Virus record (IMG/VR): IMGVR_UViG_2579778652_000002
Span: 1-17,145 of that record
From: a virus
Lineage: Duplodnaviria; Heunggongvirae; Uroviricota; Caudoviricetes
Strand: one strand, 5' to 3'
DNA: 17,145 bases
Positions 8,623 through 16,688 of this stretch are shown in pieces (the stretch's first letter is position 1; every line of letters starts with the position of its first letter). The position numbers were made by a program, and so were the translations under genes. The notes under the pieces are model-generated. The model had not been told where the DNA came from. It worked only from the letters and a program-made list of their open reading frames with translations, and searched no databases.

Positions 8623-9246
8623 CTAACGTGTGACCGCATTCAAGATATTGTCTGCGATTGACTCTTCCTTGTGGCATTGCACCACCAGAGCGTCATACAG
8701 CGGCTTAACAGTGCGTGACCAGGTGGGTTGAGTAAGGTTTGGGATTAGCATCGTTACAGCGCGATATGCGGCGCTTGCTGGCATCCTTGAATAGCCGACG
8801 CCTTTGCATCTTCCGCACTCTTTCTCGACAACTCTCCCCCACCGTTCTGTTTTGGCTATATCAACCGCACGGCCTGTACCGTGGCAATCTCTGCATCTTG
8901 CTCCCGGCGTCGCAGCACTACGGCAATAATCCGCATAAGCGAATGTTGCGAGCACTTGCAGTACCTTTGCCTTAGTATTTCCTTCAAGTTTTGCCACACC
9001 ACGGTATTTCCCCGATACCTTGTGTGCAAATTGCATCAGATAGTTGATAGCCTTTTGTTTGTCGTTCTGGCTGAGTTCATGCTTACCACAGAATGCAGCC
9101 ATTCCGAATCCGGCTTGTGATTGCGCCATCCCCATAGCAGCCATCACATCAGTACCGGAAAGAGAGTCAGAAGCCGTGGCCCGTGGTGAGTCGCTCATCA
9201 TCGGGCTTTTTGGCGAATGAAATTTAGCTACGCTTTCGAGTCTCAT
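8623..9246 (-). CDS. Q: Late-gene antiterminator Q (lambda type)
   Basis: 207 aa starting MRLESVAKFHSPKSPMMSDSPRATASD with a Cys-rich zinc motif (CRDCHGTG...CGRCKG); essentially the lambda Q sequence as recalled. Confidence 0.9.
   Translation of the reverse strand: MRLESVAKFHSPKSPMMSDSPRATASDSLSGTDVMAAMGMAQSQAGFGMAAFCGKHELSQNDKQKAINYLMQFAHKVSGKYRGVAKLEGNTKAKVLQVLATFAYADYCRSAATPGARCRDCHGTGRAVDIAKTERWGRVVEKECGRCKGVGYSRMPASAAYRAVTMLIPNLTQPTWSRTVKPLYDALVVQCHKEESIADNILNAVTR
8946..8985 (+). promoter_or_regulatory. paQ-like CII-dependent antisense promoter inside Q
   Basis: TTGC-N6-TTGC (8946-8959) followed 13 nt later by -10 TAGTAT (8973-8978), antisense to Q, as in lambda paQ. Confidence 0.55.
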
Positions 9247-9431
9247 CGTCTTCCCCTCTTGCCCTGTTTGACCATCAGGACGCCGTTAACTATTACATGA
9301 CGCTCGCCTTTGCTGTCTCGGTTGTACTTGAGCACTGTTCCTCTTGCGCAGGAAAGCATCCTTGCCACTTCGGTCTGATTGCCTCGTGTCTGGATAAGAA
9401 GCTCTGGTATCGTTTGAATTGTGGCGTTCAT
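9243..9431 (-). CDS. ninH: NinH-like small DNA-binding protein
   Basis: 62 aa; NQTEVARMLSCARGTVLKY HTH resembling lambda NinH; ATGA overlap with Q start. Confidence 0.7.
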   Translation of the reverse strand: MNATIQTIPELLIQTRGNQTEVARMLSCARGTVLKYNRDSKGERHVIVNGVLMVKQGKRGRR

Positions 9432-9790
9432 GCGTTCTCCAGTTCGGTGATTTTTATTCCAAGCCTTCCGCCTGGTACTTTCACGCCACGAATTACGCGA
9501 ATGTCATCGAATTGCTCGTCGTCTTCCGCAAATCCGGCGTGGATAAGGGAGTCGAGTAAACCTTTCAGGATGTTGTCGAGGTCGCGGCGGCGGGAGTCTG
9601 GAACGTCTGCGATGACTTTGATACGGAGTCGTGATTTGGTGAAAATGTCTAACTTGAGTTGGCGGATGATTTGCTGAACGTCTTTTCGGTATTTCTGGCC
9701 TTTATCGCTGATGTAGTATTGGCTTCCCCGTCTTCGCCAGTAGGTATTCACCGACGGCGGGTAAGGAAGCACAAACTGATATTCGTTCAT
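9428..9790 (-). CDS. rusA: RusA-family Holliday junction resolvase
   Basis: 120 aa; LPYPPSVNTYW ... DVPDSRRRDLDNILKGLLD ... GGRLGIKITEL, matching RusA hallmarks. Confidence 0.85.
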   Translation of the reverse strand: MNEYQFVLPYPPSVNTYWRRRGSQYYISDKGQKYRKDVQQIIRQLKLDIFTKSRLRIKVIADVPDSRRRDLDNILKGLLDSLIHAGFAEDDEQFDDIRVIRGVKVPGGRLGIKITELENA

Positions 9791-10077
9791 GGCTTAATCT
9801 TCCCCTCCTTCAGCAGTATCGCCTGCGTCCTGATCACGCCTTCGAGGTGGTAAAGTCTGGCGTCTTTGTTGTCGAGATTATGGGTGCGTCGGTCGATTTC
9901 ATCGTGACACGCGCTACAAGCCCATGCGCCGATCAGGTCGTCAGGCTTCATTCCCGTTCCGCAAATTCCAGCCATCCGGTAATGTGCCAGAACTGTAGTT
10001 TCAGGATTGCCATTGCATACGCCGTAAATACGTACCTGACATTCTCTGCCGCGTGCTTCTTTGCGTAGATTGGCCAT
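9787..10077 (-). CDS. YbcO-like (DUF1364) nin-region protein, putative zinc-binding nuclease
   Basis: 96 aa; MANLRKEARGRECQVRIYGVCNGNPETTVLAH ... CSACHDEIDRR, resembling DLP12 YbcO. Confidence 0.7.
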   Translation of the reverse strand: MANLRKEARGRECQVRIYGVCNGNPETTVLAHYRMAGICGTGMKPDDLIGAWACSACHDEIDRRTHNLDNKDARLYHLEGVIRTQAILLKEGKIKP

Positions 10078-10802
10078 TAAGCAGCCTCCCCTGTTACTTT
10101 CAGCATTCCGTTATCGAGCAGCTTTCTGGTCAGCCACTGTTGGCCACGCCCGGTGATTTTTGTGGTGAACGATATCTGTATTCCGTGATTTGTATTGACC
10201 GCTGTTTCTTTCACTGTGAAATAGCCGCGATCCATATATTCCTGCATTGGCACATTGCGCCGGGAACCTGAAGCAATAAGGATTTTGTGATCGCGCATCC
10301 ACGCAAACAGTTTGTTTGGACCAATTCCAACAACCTTTGCAAAGTTTCCAATCAAAATTCCGCTGGCCTCGCCAACGCGATCGGCAAACTCAACTTTAGG
10401 TGCGGCAATTGCGAGCTGGTTTTCCAGTTGCATTTTCTGCTCAGCAAGATCAGCAGCAAGGCGCAACGCTTCTGGTAGCGTTTTGGGGATATTAACCGCA
10501 GCTTCTTCAAGCTCTCGCCAACGGTCAACAAGACGAGCGGTGAATTCCGGCGACAACTGAGCGACGACAATAATGCTGTCGCGCTTACCTTGTTCGCCTT
10601 CGAAGACGTAGAAATAACGCTTCCCGGTAATAACACCTAAATCATTGATTATGTTAGTGTGCTGCAATGCAGGAGGCTTGATAACGCCACGTTTCACCAA
10701 TCTATCTATGGATACTTTTACATTGCTATGGCGGCTTTCTACCAACTCAGCGATTTCAATGCTTGTCATTTTGATGGCATTGCCATTTATTAACTCACTC
10801 AT
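10077..10802 (-). CDS. Rha-domain / ANT (KilA-C) antirepressor-like protein
   Basis: 241 aa; N-terminal Rha-like segment (TSIEIAELVESRHSNVKVSIDRL) and C-terminal ANT-like segment (FAKVVGIGPNKLFAWMRDHKIL ... MQEYMDRGYF). Confidence 0.75.
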   Translation of the reverse strand: MSELINGNAIKMTSIEIAELVESRHSNVKVSIDRLVKRGVIKPPALQHTNIINDLGVITGKRYFYVFEGEQGKRDSIIVVAQLSPEFTARLVDRWRELEEAAVNIPKTLPEALRLAADLAEQKMQLENQLAIAAPKVEFADRVGEASGILIGNFAKVVGIGPNKLFAWMRDHKILIASGSRRNVPMQEYMDRGYFTVKETAVNTNHGIQISFTTKITGRGQQWLTRKLLDNGMLKVTGEAA

Positions 10803-10965
10803 CGTCTTCTTCCTCGTACATTGAGCTATTCGGATCGCTCATCAGTTCTGCGCAGCAATCGGAGCACACGTGAACTTCCAGAAAATGCAGCTTTTGACCG
10901 CAGTTAGCGCACGTTAAAGCCCGCTCGACGCTTTCTTGTTCGTAACTTCGATTTGGGTCAATCAC
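10795..10965 (-). CDS. ninF: NinF-like small Cys-rich protein (GTG start; absent from ORF track)
   Basis: Hand translation gives (M)[55 protein letters not shown], close to lambda NinF; GTGA overlap with NinE stop; its stop overlaps the Rha/ANT start. Confidence 0.6.
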   Translation of the reverse strand: MIDPNRSYEQESVERALTCANCGQKLHFLEVHVCSDCCAELMSDPNSSMYEEEDDE

Positions 10966-11144
10966 CTTGTTTTCCTCGCACGTTCTCTAAGCCACCGGAT
11001 ATCCCACAGGTGAGCCGTGTAGTTGAAGGTTTTTACGTCAGATTCTTTTGGGATTGGCTTGGGTTTATTTCTGGTGCGTTTCGTTGGAAGGTATTTGCAG
11101 TTTTCGCAGATGATGTCGGTGAAACTTCGTCGCTGTCGTCTCAT
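10962..11144 (-). CDS. ninE: NinE
   Basis: 60 aa from internal Met [23 protein letters not shown]..., near-identical to lambda NinE; ATGA overlap with the methyltransferase stop. Track ORF extends further upstream. Confidence 0.8.
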   Translation of the reverse strand: MRRQRRSFTDIICENCKYLPTKRTRNKPKPIPKESDVKTFNYTAHLWDIRWLRERARKTR

Positions 11145-11668
11145 GCCGCCCTCCTGACGCCCTGCCCGATCGCCATCAATGCCGCTTTGGATACGGTAGT
11201 AAACATCCGTCGAGGACTGATGAACGGTCGCCAAATCAGCAGCATGGAGCCTTTGCTGTTTCCCTTCTTCTCCAGCCCTGTCGATGGTTCGATAAAATTA
11301 ATCCGTCCATCAGTGATAATGCGAACTTCGTCGACACTCTCCAGAGCCTTGCTGAACCATCCGACTGACATATCCTCTGGCACAAGCATAACTACCGTCT
11401 GTCGCTGTTGTATGCACTGCTCAGTGGCTTTTTCCACCCACGGCCTGATATTGCTGTACGGTGGGTTATTCCAGATTGCACCGTGGCTTATCCACTCAGA
11501 ATTGAGCGCGTCGTCGGCCTCAGTTAGCCAGTGAGCGCACAGAGCATTTTTGTCGCTCGCTGCCGAATCCAGCCAGAATCCAAACTCAATATCCAGTGCA
11601 TCAAAAAGCCAAAGCGGTGTTTGCCAGCAGTCCTTGTCGTGTGCTGGCGTATTTGATTTGATAGTCAT
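11141..11668 (-). CDS. Phage Dam-family DNA N6-adenine methyltransferase
   Basis: About 175 aa from Met at 11668; [24 protein letters not shown] and NPPY motif; ATGA overlaps with NinB upstream and NinE downstream. Confidence 0.8.
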   Translation of the reverse strand: MTIKSNTPAHDKDCWQTPLWLFDALDIEFGFWLDSAASDKNALCAHWLTEADDALNSEWISHGAIWNNPPYSNIRPWVEKATEQCIQQRQTVVMLVPEDMSVGWFSKALESVDEVRIITDGRINFIEPSTGLEKKGNSKGSMLLIWRPFISPRRMFTTVSKAALMAIGQGVRRAA

Positions 11669-12111
11669 GCAGCCTTCCCTTTTCGTTGTGACCATTCATA
11701 CTCTCGCCGGGAGTCATCACTCCACCGCACGTTGCGCTCTGAGCCGAACCAAAACATGATTTCGATAAGCTCAGTCATGCTGGCCTTTCGCATTTTGCTG
11801 GTACGCACGCCAAGCATGACAACGCCACCGTCGATACCAGGCACACTTCGTTGCTCCAGTTTTTTGGTCTTAAGCCACAGGGCAGTAAACAGGTCTTTCC
11901 AGTCCTCCGGCGCAAGTCTCTGTCCATGCCAAAGCACCTGACGTGATACGTCCTGCAATAACGCCCACATAAGGCGGTTTTGAGGATTGCTCCGCTTGGG
12001 TTCTTTAATGTGGACTTCGTGAGGTGACTTGTCGTCGATCGGAAGTGAGAGTATTGCGTCTATGGCGTTATTTCTGATTGCTTCGTTGCGAAGCATGTAT
12101 ATTTGCTTCAT
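11665..12111 (-). CDS. ninB: NinB (Orf-family recombination mediator)
   Basis: 148 aa; NPQNRLMWALLQDVSRQVLWHG ... RWSDDSRREYEW, similar to lambda NinB; GAGG RBS. Confidence 0.8.
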   Translation of the reverse strand: MKQIYMLRNEAIRNNAIDAILSLPIDDKSPHEVHIKEPKRSNPQNRLMWALLQDVSRQVLWHGQRLAPEDWKDLFTALWLKTKKLEQRSVPGIDGGVVMLGVRTSKMRKASMTELIEIMFWFGSERNVRWSDDSRREYEWSQRKGKAA

Positions 12112-12133
12112 TGTTACCTCGACTTAATTCTGC

Positions 12134-12475
12134 TCATTGATACCCCCTCTCACTTAATCGCCTCCACGCTTCGTTAAACTCTTCTCGGGTTGCGCCGGAT
12201 TTTCTTTCTTCAAACATCATGCATTCGCTGATGTCTCCCCATGACTTTGGTCGCTTTTCAGCGAACAGATCATCCCATTCGAATACCCAACGGCCTGATT
12301 TTCGGTAGTGGTAAATGGTCAGCCATGTTGTGCTGTTCGCTGGATACCCATAGAGAACTTCGACTTTTTGATCACGGTCTTTATGCTTTTTCAGCAGGAT
12401 AAAGCCAGCAACCAGCGAAGCTCCGGCAAGAATGATGATTGGAATTTGCCAGTCAGCCACACTTCCCTCTCCCAC
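12134..12475 (-). CDS. Hypothetical single-pass membrane protein (nin region, ren position)
   Basis: GTG start at 12475, or GTG at 12460 with GAGGGAAG RBS; N-terminal TM (WQIPIIILAGASLVAGFILL) then about 80 aa soluble region; no recognisable domain. Confidence 0.5.
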   Translation of the reverse strand: MGEGSVADWQIPIIILAGASLVAGFILLKKHKDRDQKVEVLYGYPANSTTWLTIYHYRKSGRWVFEWDDLFAEKRPKSWGDISECMMFEERKSGATREEFNEAWRRLSERGYQ

Positions 12476-12508
12476 AAATAAAAAGGCCTGCGATTACCAG
12501 CAGGCCTG
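12476..12508 (-). terminator. Intrinsic terminator after the helicase gene (tR2 analogue)
   Basis: Minus strand: AGGCCUGC-uggtaatc-GCAGGCCU (8-bp stem) followed by UUUUUAUUU; located where lambda has tR2 between replication genes and nin. Confidence 0.7.
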
Positions 12509-12532
12509 TTACAAGCTCAGTGATGTAGATGG

Positions 12533-13909
12533 TCATACGTCAGCCCCTTGTGCATATCGTCTGCCACGCGCAGCAGGTGCATTTGATGCTGTGCAAATCT
12601 GTCTGGCTTCATCCTGGTCACATGCAACAAAGTGTCCGTTACAGAACCGCTGGTAAACCGTACCAAGTGAGCCAAAACGGTTTTTCGTCACGATGATTTC
12701 AGCAAATGGCGCAGCGCTACTGTTCTCGTCATATACCGCTTCCCGATAGAGCATGATGATTGAGTCTGCGTCCTGCTCAATGCTTCCTGAATCACGCAAA
12801 TCTGCGTTTGTCGGGCGTTTGTTTGGTCGCTTCTCAACATCGCGCGAAAGCTGACTCAGGGAGATAACCGGTGTTTTCAGGTCTTTCGCCATCGCCTTCA
12901 GGCTTCCGGAGATGTGAGCAATTGCGAGGTCGTTGCGGTCTGCTTTCGGCTTCTCAATCAGGCCAAGATAATCCGCCATGATGAGTGAGAGGTTTGGATT
13001 TTCCTGTTTGTGCCGTTCTGCGATTGAGCGTATTTCTTCGACCGATAACCGCGAGGCATCGACTACCCATACATCCAAATCTGCAAGCTGACTCATGCCG
13101 TTAGCAACACGTGCCCAGCCCTCGTCATCCATCGATGCAGGATTTCGCAGTACGCTAACCGACATCCTCCCGGCGTTGGCAATGCTTCGCTCTGCAATCT
13201 GCAATGCGCTCATTTCCATTGAGAAAATCAATACTCCGCGCCGGACGTCAGAACCAGGAATAACGCGGCTTGCAACGCCTTCGGCAATCTTCAGCGCCAG
13301 CTCGGTTTTCCCCATACCAGGACGAGCAGCGATTATCACCAGGTCTTCTGCGTTCATCCCTCCGGTGATGGCGTCAAGTTCTTCGATTCCGGTCTTCAGG
13401 GTATCGGACTCTTCTCCGTTCCTCAGACGCCTGTCAAGCGTGTCAGTGTAGTCGGTGATGATTTCCCCTAACCGTACAGGTTTAACCTCGTCACGGGGCT
13501 TTCTGATGGCTGAAAGACGCTTTACAAGTTCATCCATCGCCTGACTCGATGCGTCGATGGTTCCGCTCTGAATTGGTTCACGCATTTCATCCATGATTTC
13601 CAGCACCAGACGGCGGTGATAGTTATCCGCAACCATTCCGGCATATCCCTTCAGGTTTGCGGCACTCGGGCAGTTTTTGCTGGTCATCAGGATTGACGTG
13701 AAATGCTCCTCTCCGCACGCCTCGGCAACCATCAGCGCGTCGATTAGGTTTCTGTTTCGCGCCTGCTTGCGGATAACCTCGAAGGCTTTCCGGTAGAGCG
13801 GAATTGAAAACGCTTCCGGCTCCAGCGTTGCCAGAACGTCACTGGCGGTTGGTGTTAATCCACCAATCAGCAGGCCACCGATAACACTCGCTTCGATATC
13901 CTGTCTCAT
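12533..13909 (-). CDS. Replicative DnaB-type helicase (P22 gene 12-like)
   Basis: 458 aa; Walker [10 protein letters not shown], DnaB-like N-terminal domain; ATGA overlap with the upstream initiator gene. Confidence 0.85.
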   Translation of the reverse strand: MRQDIEASVIGGLLIGGLTPTASDVLATLEPEAFSIPLYRKAFEVIRKQARNRNLIDALMVAEACGEEHFTSILMTSKNCPSAANLKGYAGMVADNYHRRLVLEIMDEMREPIQSGTIDASSQAMDELVKRLSAIRKPRDEVKPVRLGEIITDYTDTLDRRLRNGEESDTLKTGIEELDAITGGMNAEDLVIIAARPGMGKTELALKIAEGVASRVIPGSDVRRGVLIFSMEMSALQIAERSIANAGRMSVSVLRNPASMDDEGWARVANGMSQLADLDVWVVDASRLSVEEIRSIAERHKQENPNLSLIMADYLGLIEKPKADRNDLAIAHISGSLKAMAKDLKTPVISLSQLSRDVEKRPNKRPTNADLRDSGSIEQDADSIIMLYREAVYDENSSAAPFAEIIVTKNRFGSLGTVYQRFCNGHFVACDQDEARQICTASNAPAARGRRYAQGADV

Positions 13910-14736
13910 GCAATCCCCCTGTCTGCAAACTTCCCTTCCCGAACTCCCGTTAACGAGTCTTCTCTCAGCAGGTAATCAAAATCAGCCGTCCAGCCCGTGT
14001 CGTTGTCTCCGAAGTAAAACGGCTTGGCCTGATGTACAAACGCCCTGACATACGCTCTGAAACCGTCCACGTTTGGCGTTTTCAGTTGCGGAATGATTTT
14101 CTTCAGGCGACGTTTGCGTTTCTCGTTGACCGCAACAGCGTGTGGCAGTCTGTCACCGACTTCGGTGTTGTAGGCGTTCAGGAAGGATTCATAGTCGATT
14201 CGTTCTGCCTTGCGACGTTCAGGTTTAACCTGCCCATCGCCGCCCCCGTTAGGGGGTAAGGGGGTATTTGTATTTATTGTCTTTTGTATATTGTCTTTTG
14301 TGTTTGACTGATTCGGTAAATTGCTTTTTACCGATTTGGTGAAGGTTTGTTTTACCGAATTGGTAAATGTTTTACCGAATCCGTTAACTTTCGTTTTCCA
14401 CTCGGAAATGTTTGTATTCATACCAACTTGACGCCCCACCTGAATGAGAACTCCCATTCTGATAAGCTCGTTTTTGGCGGTAGAGCATTTGGTTGGTGCC
14501 ATGCCAGTGAGTTCAGCGAACTGTTCGTTTCCGATCCAATCTATTTTTTTGTTGTAACCGTATGTCTTGCGCCACACAGCCATAACAATCAGTAACTGAT
14601 GTAGAGTAAGTCCAGAAAGCATGGCGGCTTCTAACAGTGTGTTTGCAGTCCGAGTGTATCCATCTTCGAGTTCTGCCACGCGATGCTCCACGACCTCCAG
14701 TTGAGGCCTGTAATCAGCTAACTTAACGACGCCCAT
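13906..14736 (-). CDS. Replication initiator (lambda O / P22 gene 18-like)
   Basis: 276 aa; CAGGAG RBS; contains iterons and an AT-rich stretch within the coding sequence (repeat TFT-x-SVK in the protein), as in lambda O. Confidence 0.8.
   Translation of the reverse strand: MGVVKLADYRPQLEVVEHRVAELEDGYTRTANTLLEAAMLSGLTLHQLLIVMAVWRKTYGYNKKIDWIGNEQFAELTGMAPTKCSTAKNELIRMGVLIQVGRQVGMNTNISEWKTKVNGFGKTFTNSVKQTFTKSVKSNLPNQSNTKDNIQKTINTNTPLPPNGGGDGQVKPERRKAERIDYESFLNAYNTEVGDRLPHAVAVNEKRKRRLKKIIPQLKTPNVDGFRAYVRAFVHQAKPFYFGDNDTGWTADFDYLLREDSLTGVREGKFADRGIA
14262..14395. repeat. Putative ori: four TTTACCGAAT-type iterons plus adjacent AT-rich region inside the initiator gene
   Basis: Iteron copies at about 14311-14324 (inverted), 14328-14341, 14351-14367 (near-palindrome TTTACCGAATTGGTAAA) and 14371-14388; AT-rich 14262-14305 with tandem ATTGTCTTTTGT x2. 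Confidence 0.6.
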
Positions 14737-14884
14737 GTTTCACTCCTGCTTTGGCTAGTCTGTAAACACCAACAAGGCGCTCTGCGAACGCCCTGTTATT
14801 TGCTGCGGCTACCACTAATCCCTCAGGTGAATCAGGGTGTCGAATCTCTTCTTTTTCCTGGTATTTCTTACGACGTTTTGTCAT
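14723..14884 (-). CDS. Hypothetical small basic protein (53 aa) between cII and the initiator gene
   Basis: ATG at 14884 with AGGAG RBS 6 nt upstream; translation [53 protein letters not shown]; stop overlaps the initiator start. Below the ORF-track length cutoff. Confidence 0.45.
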   Translation of the reverse strand: MTKRRKKYQEKEEIRHPDSPEGLVVAAANNRAFAERLVGVYRLAKAGVKHGRR

Positions 14885-14892
14885 AATTACTC

Positions 14893-14955
14893 CTGTGGAT
14901 TGATCCAGTCTTTCTACATCAGGCCTCGAAGAATTCGCCGTTCTTCGGGGCTTTT
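14893..14955 (+). ncRNA. oop-like antisense RNA with strong terminator overlapping the cII 3' end
   Basis: Plus-strand hairpin GGCCUCGAAGAA-uucgccg-UUCUUCGGGGCU (14909-14939) followed by UUUUCUUUUG, antisense to the cII C-terminus, as for lambda oop; the 5' end and promoter are uncertain. Confidence 0.45.
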
Positions 14956-15200
14956 TCTTTTGTCAGGTAATCGGCAAGTCGCTTAGTCAGCTCAGCCATT
15001 TCATCGTCTTCGATTCCGTATTCCAGAACAGCCAGCATCATGCTTACCTGCGAGAAGAAACCATTCTTCCATCGGCTTACCTGATATTCAGGAACCCCCA
15101 TTGCTCGAGCGAATGTCTTCTGCCCCATCAGTGCCAGTTTGTTCAGCAAGGCTGACTCGATGCGAGCCGCTTTCTTGCTTTTAGTTGCAATAGTACCCAT
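14919..15200 (-). CDS. cII: CII-type transcriptional activator
   Basis: 93 aa; RIESALLNKLALMG ... QVSRWKNGFFSQVSMMLAVLEYGIEDDEMA, closely similar to lambda CII; AAGGAA RBS. Confidence 0.85.
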   Translation of the reverse strand: MGTIATKSKKAARIESALLNKLALMGQKTFARAMGVPEYQVSRWKNGFFSQVSMMLAVLEYGIEDDEMAELTKRLADYLTKEKAPKNGEFFEA

Positions 15201-15215
15201 AGATAATTTCCTTAA
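15175..15215 (+). promoter_or_regulatory. pRE-like CII-activated promoter
   Basis: TTGC-ttttag-TTGC (15175-15188) on the strand antisense to the cII 5' end, 13 nt, then -10 GATAAT (15202-15207), oriented toward cI. Confidence 0.6.
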
Positions 15216-15276
15216 TGATTAGATAGAGTTGGCTTCGCAAAGAAACGCAAAACCATAGAGATTTGTTTCTGGTAAT

Positions 15277-15308
15277 GCCCTTTTTCAGGGCGGGGATGTG
15301 TAAGAGCG
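15277..15308 (-). promoter_or_regulatory. nutR (boxA CGCTCTTAC plus boxB GCCCTGAAAAAGGGC)
   Basis: On the minus strand just downstream of cro: CGCTCTTACACATCCCCGCCCTGAAAAAGGGC, matching lambda nutR boxA/boxB. Confidence 0.8.
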
Positions 15309-15316
15309 TTAATAAC

Positions 15317-15547
15317 TTAAGCGGCCATTAATTCAGGCCAGATGCTTTCCCAATCAACCGGATGAAGGTCTTTGCGAGTCACTTCACCATTGCTGAACTT
15401 CTCAATCAGAACACAAAGTGCTGCGCCCAATTCATGATTACGGCTAAGTGCTTTCCTCAAATAGCCGATAGAAGTTCCGCACTTGGTGGCAAATTCTCTC
15501 TGCTCTTCCAGTGAAAGGGAGTTCAGATACAAGCGGAGTTCTTCCAT
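15317..15547 (-). CDS. cro: Cro-like HTH repressor
   Basis: 76 aa; HTH (FATKCGTSIGYLRKALS); GGAAGGAG RBS; divergent from cI across the operator region and upstream of nutR and cII. Confidence 0.65.
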   Translation of the reverse strand: MEELRLYLNSLSLEEQREFATKCGTSIGYLRKALSRNHELGAALCVLIEKFSNGEVTRKDLHPVDWESIWPELMAA

Positions 15548-15655
15548 TTGCTATCTCCTTCCCGTTGTTGAATAAGATGAGTTTACCTGTAGGTAAAAAG
15601 CAAATCAATACCCATAGGTTATTTACCGGCAGGTAATCAAAGATAGAATTAAATC
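15548..15655. promoter_or_regulatory. OR operator region with divergent pR (toward cro) and pRM (toward cI)
   Basis: Palindromic operators TTTACCTGTAGGTAAA (15583-15598) and TTTACCGGCAGGTAAT (15622-15637). pR on minus: -35 TTGATT (15608..15603), 17 bp, -10 TAAACT (15585..15580). pRM on plus: -10 TAGAAT (15644-15649) placing the start near the cI ATG (leaderless, as in lambda). Confidence 0.7.
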
Positions 15656-16342
15656 ATGGATAAATACGAACAAAGACGACTAAGGCTGATAGAGATAAGA
15701 GACCGATTCTGTAATGGAAAGGCCTCAGAGTTGGCTCGTCGAATAGAAAGGGAACCATCATACGTTTCCAGAATGCTGTATCCGGAAGGAAAAAGCGGAA
15801 AAAAACGCATTGCTGACGATATGATGGAACTAATTGAAAAATCTTTTAATCTCCCACGCGGATGGATGGACATGCTTGCAGATGGTAAAGCTGGAGCTAC
15901 GGACCATCTTGAGTTTGCGGGTAACGTTCGTGCGGGTTTTGTTCCGGTAATTGGTGAAGCCGTTTTGGGAGTTGATGGCTCAGTGGATATGATTGAATTC
16001 AGATCCGGTTGGTTAAGCATCTACAGCGGCGATAAAGATGCTTACGGTCTGAAGGTTAAGGGTGACAGCATGTGGCCAAGGATTCAGTCAGGAGAATATG
16101 TTGTTATTGAACCAAATACGCCAGTACATCCAGGTGATGAAGTCTTTGTAAGGACCAAAGACGGTCACAACATGATAAAGATCATGAACAAAACAAGAGA
16201 CGGTGATTATCAGTTTAGTAGCATAAACAGTGATCACCGCCCAATCACTCTTCCTGTTGAAGAAGTTGATAAAATGCATTTTGTTTCAGCTATTGTGAAA
16301 CACACCAGGTACGTAGACCAGGACGATCTGCCAAAAGTTTGA
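15656..16342 (+). CDS. cI: CI-type prophage repressor (HTH plus S24 LexA-like peptidase domain)
   Basis: 228 aa; N-terminal HTH (ASELARRIEREPSYVSRML); C-terminal S24 motifs (KVKGDSMWPRIQSGEYVVI, MIKIMNK); divergent from cro. Confidence 0.85.
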   Translation: MDKYEQRRLRLIEIRDRFCNGKASELARRIEREPSYVSRMLYPEGKSGKKRIADDMMELIEKSFNLPRGWMDMLADGKAGATDHLEFAGNVRAGFVPVIGEAVLGVDGSVDMIEFRSGWLSIYSGDKDAYGLKVKGDSMWPRIQSGEYVVIEPNTPVHPGDEVFVRTKDGHNMIKIMNKTRDGDYQFSSINSDHRPITLPVEEVDKMHFVSAIVKHTRYVDQDDLPKV

Positions 16343-16356
16343 GGATAAAGCAGCAA

Positions 16357-16653
16357 ATGTTTATACCCGGCATAGTAGTCGCTGTTGTAATCATCTGCTT
16401 CATATGGGCAAAGTTATCTCCTGTAAGCTCTAAGCATACAGCTGAACTCATGAGGAAGAAGAATCTTATACATGAGGCAGAATCGATAATTAAAAAGTTC
16501 AAAGGCATGTCATACGACGACATGTCATCAGAGCAGATTGCTATGTATAAATGCGCCATTGAGCGCCTTGACTACTTAAACGGACTCAAACCCAAACACA
16601 CCCCAGTAGAATCAAAATTGCCGCAATGGCCAAGCAATCCAAATAGCTTCTGA
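16357..16653 (+). CDS. Small membrane protein co-transcribed with cI (rexAB-position moron); function unknown
   Basis: ATG at 16357, 15 nt after the cI stop (track ORF begins at TTG 16339); N-terminal TM FIPGIVVAVVIICFIWA then about 75 aa soluble region; followed by an intrinsic terminator; no domain I recognise. Confidence 0.6.
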   Translation: MFIPGIVVAVVIICFIWAKLSPVSSKHTAELMRKKNLIHEAESIIKKFKGMSYDDMSSEQIAMYKCAIERLDYLNGLKPKHTPVESKLPQWPSNPNSF

Positions 16654-16664
16654 CATCTCCTTTC

Positions 16665-16688
16665 AGCCCGCAAAGCGGGCTTTTTTAT
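16665..16688 (+). terminator. Intrinsic terminator ending the cI operon
   Basis: AGCCCGC-aaa-GCGGGCU followed by UUUUUUAU. Confidence 0.8.

Noticed and set aside
9297-9677. 126-aa plus-strand ORF
   Set aside because: Antisense across NinH and RusA; shadow ORF.
10953-11534. 193-aa plus-strand ORF
   Set aside because: Antisense across NinE and the methyltransferase, which carry clear family motifs on the minus strand.
13095-13451. 118-aa plus-strand ORF
   Set aside because: Antisense within the helicase gene.
14241-14262. GC hairpin GCCCCCGTTAGGGGG
   Set aside because: Lies inside the initiator coding sequence (encodes the PPNGGGDG linker) next to the ori AT-rich region; not followed by a T-run, so not called as a terminator.
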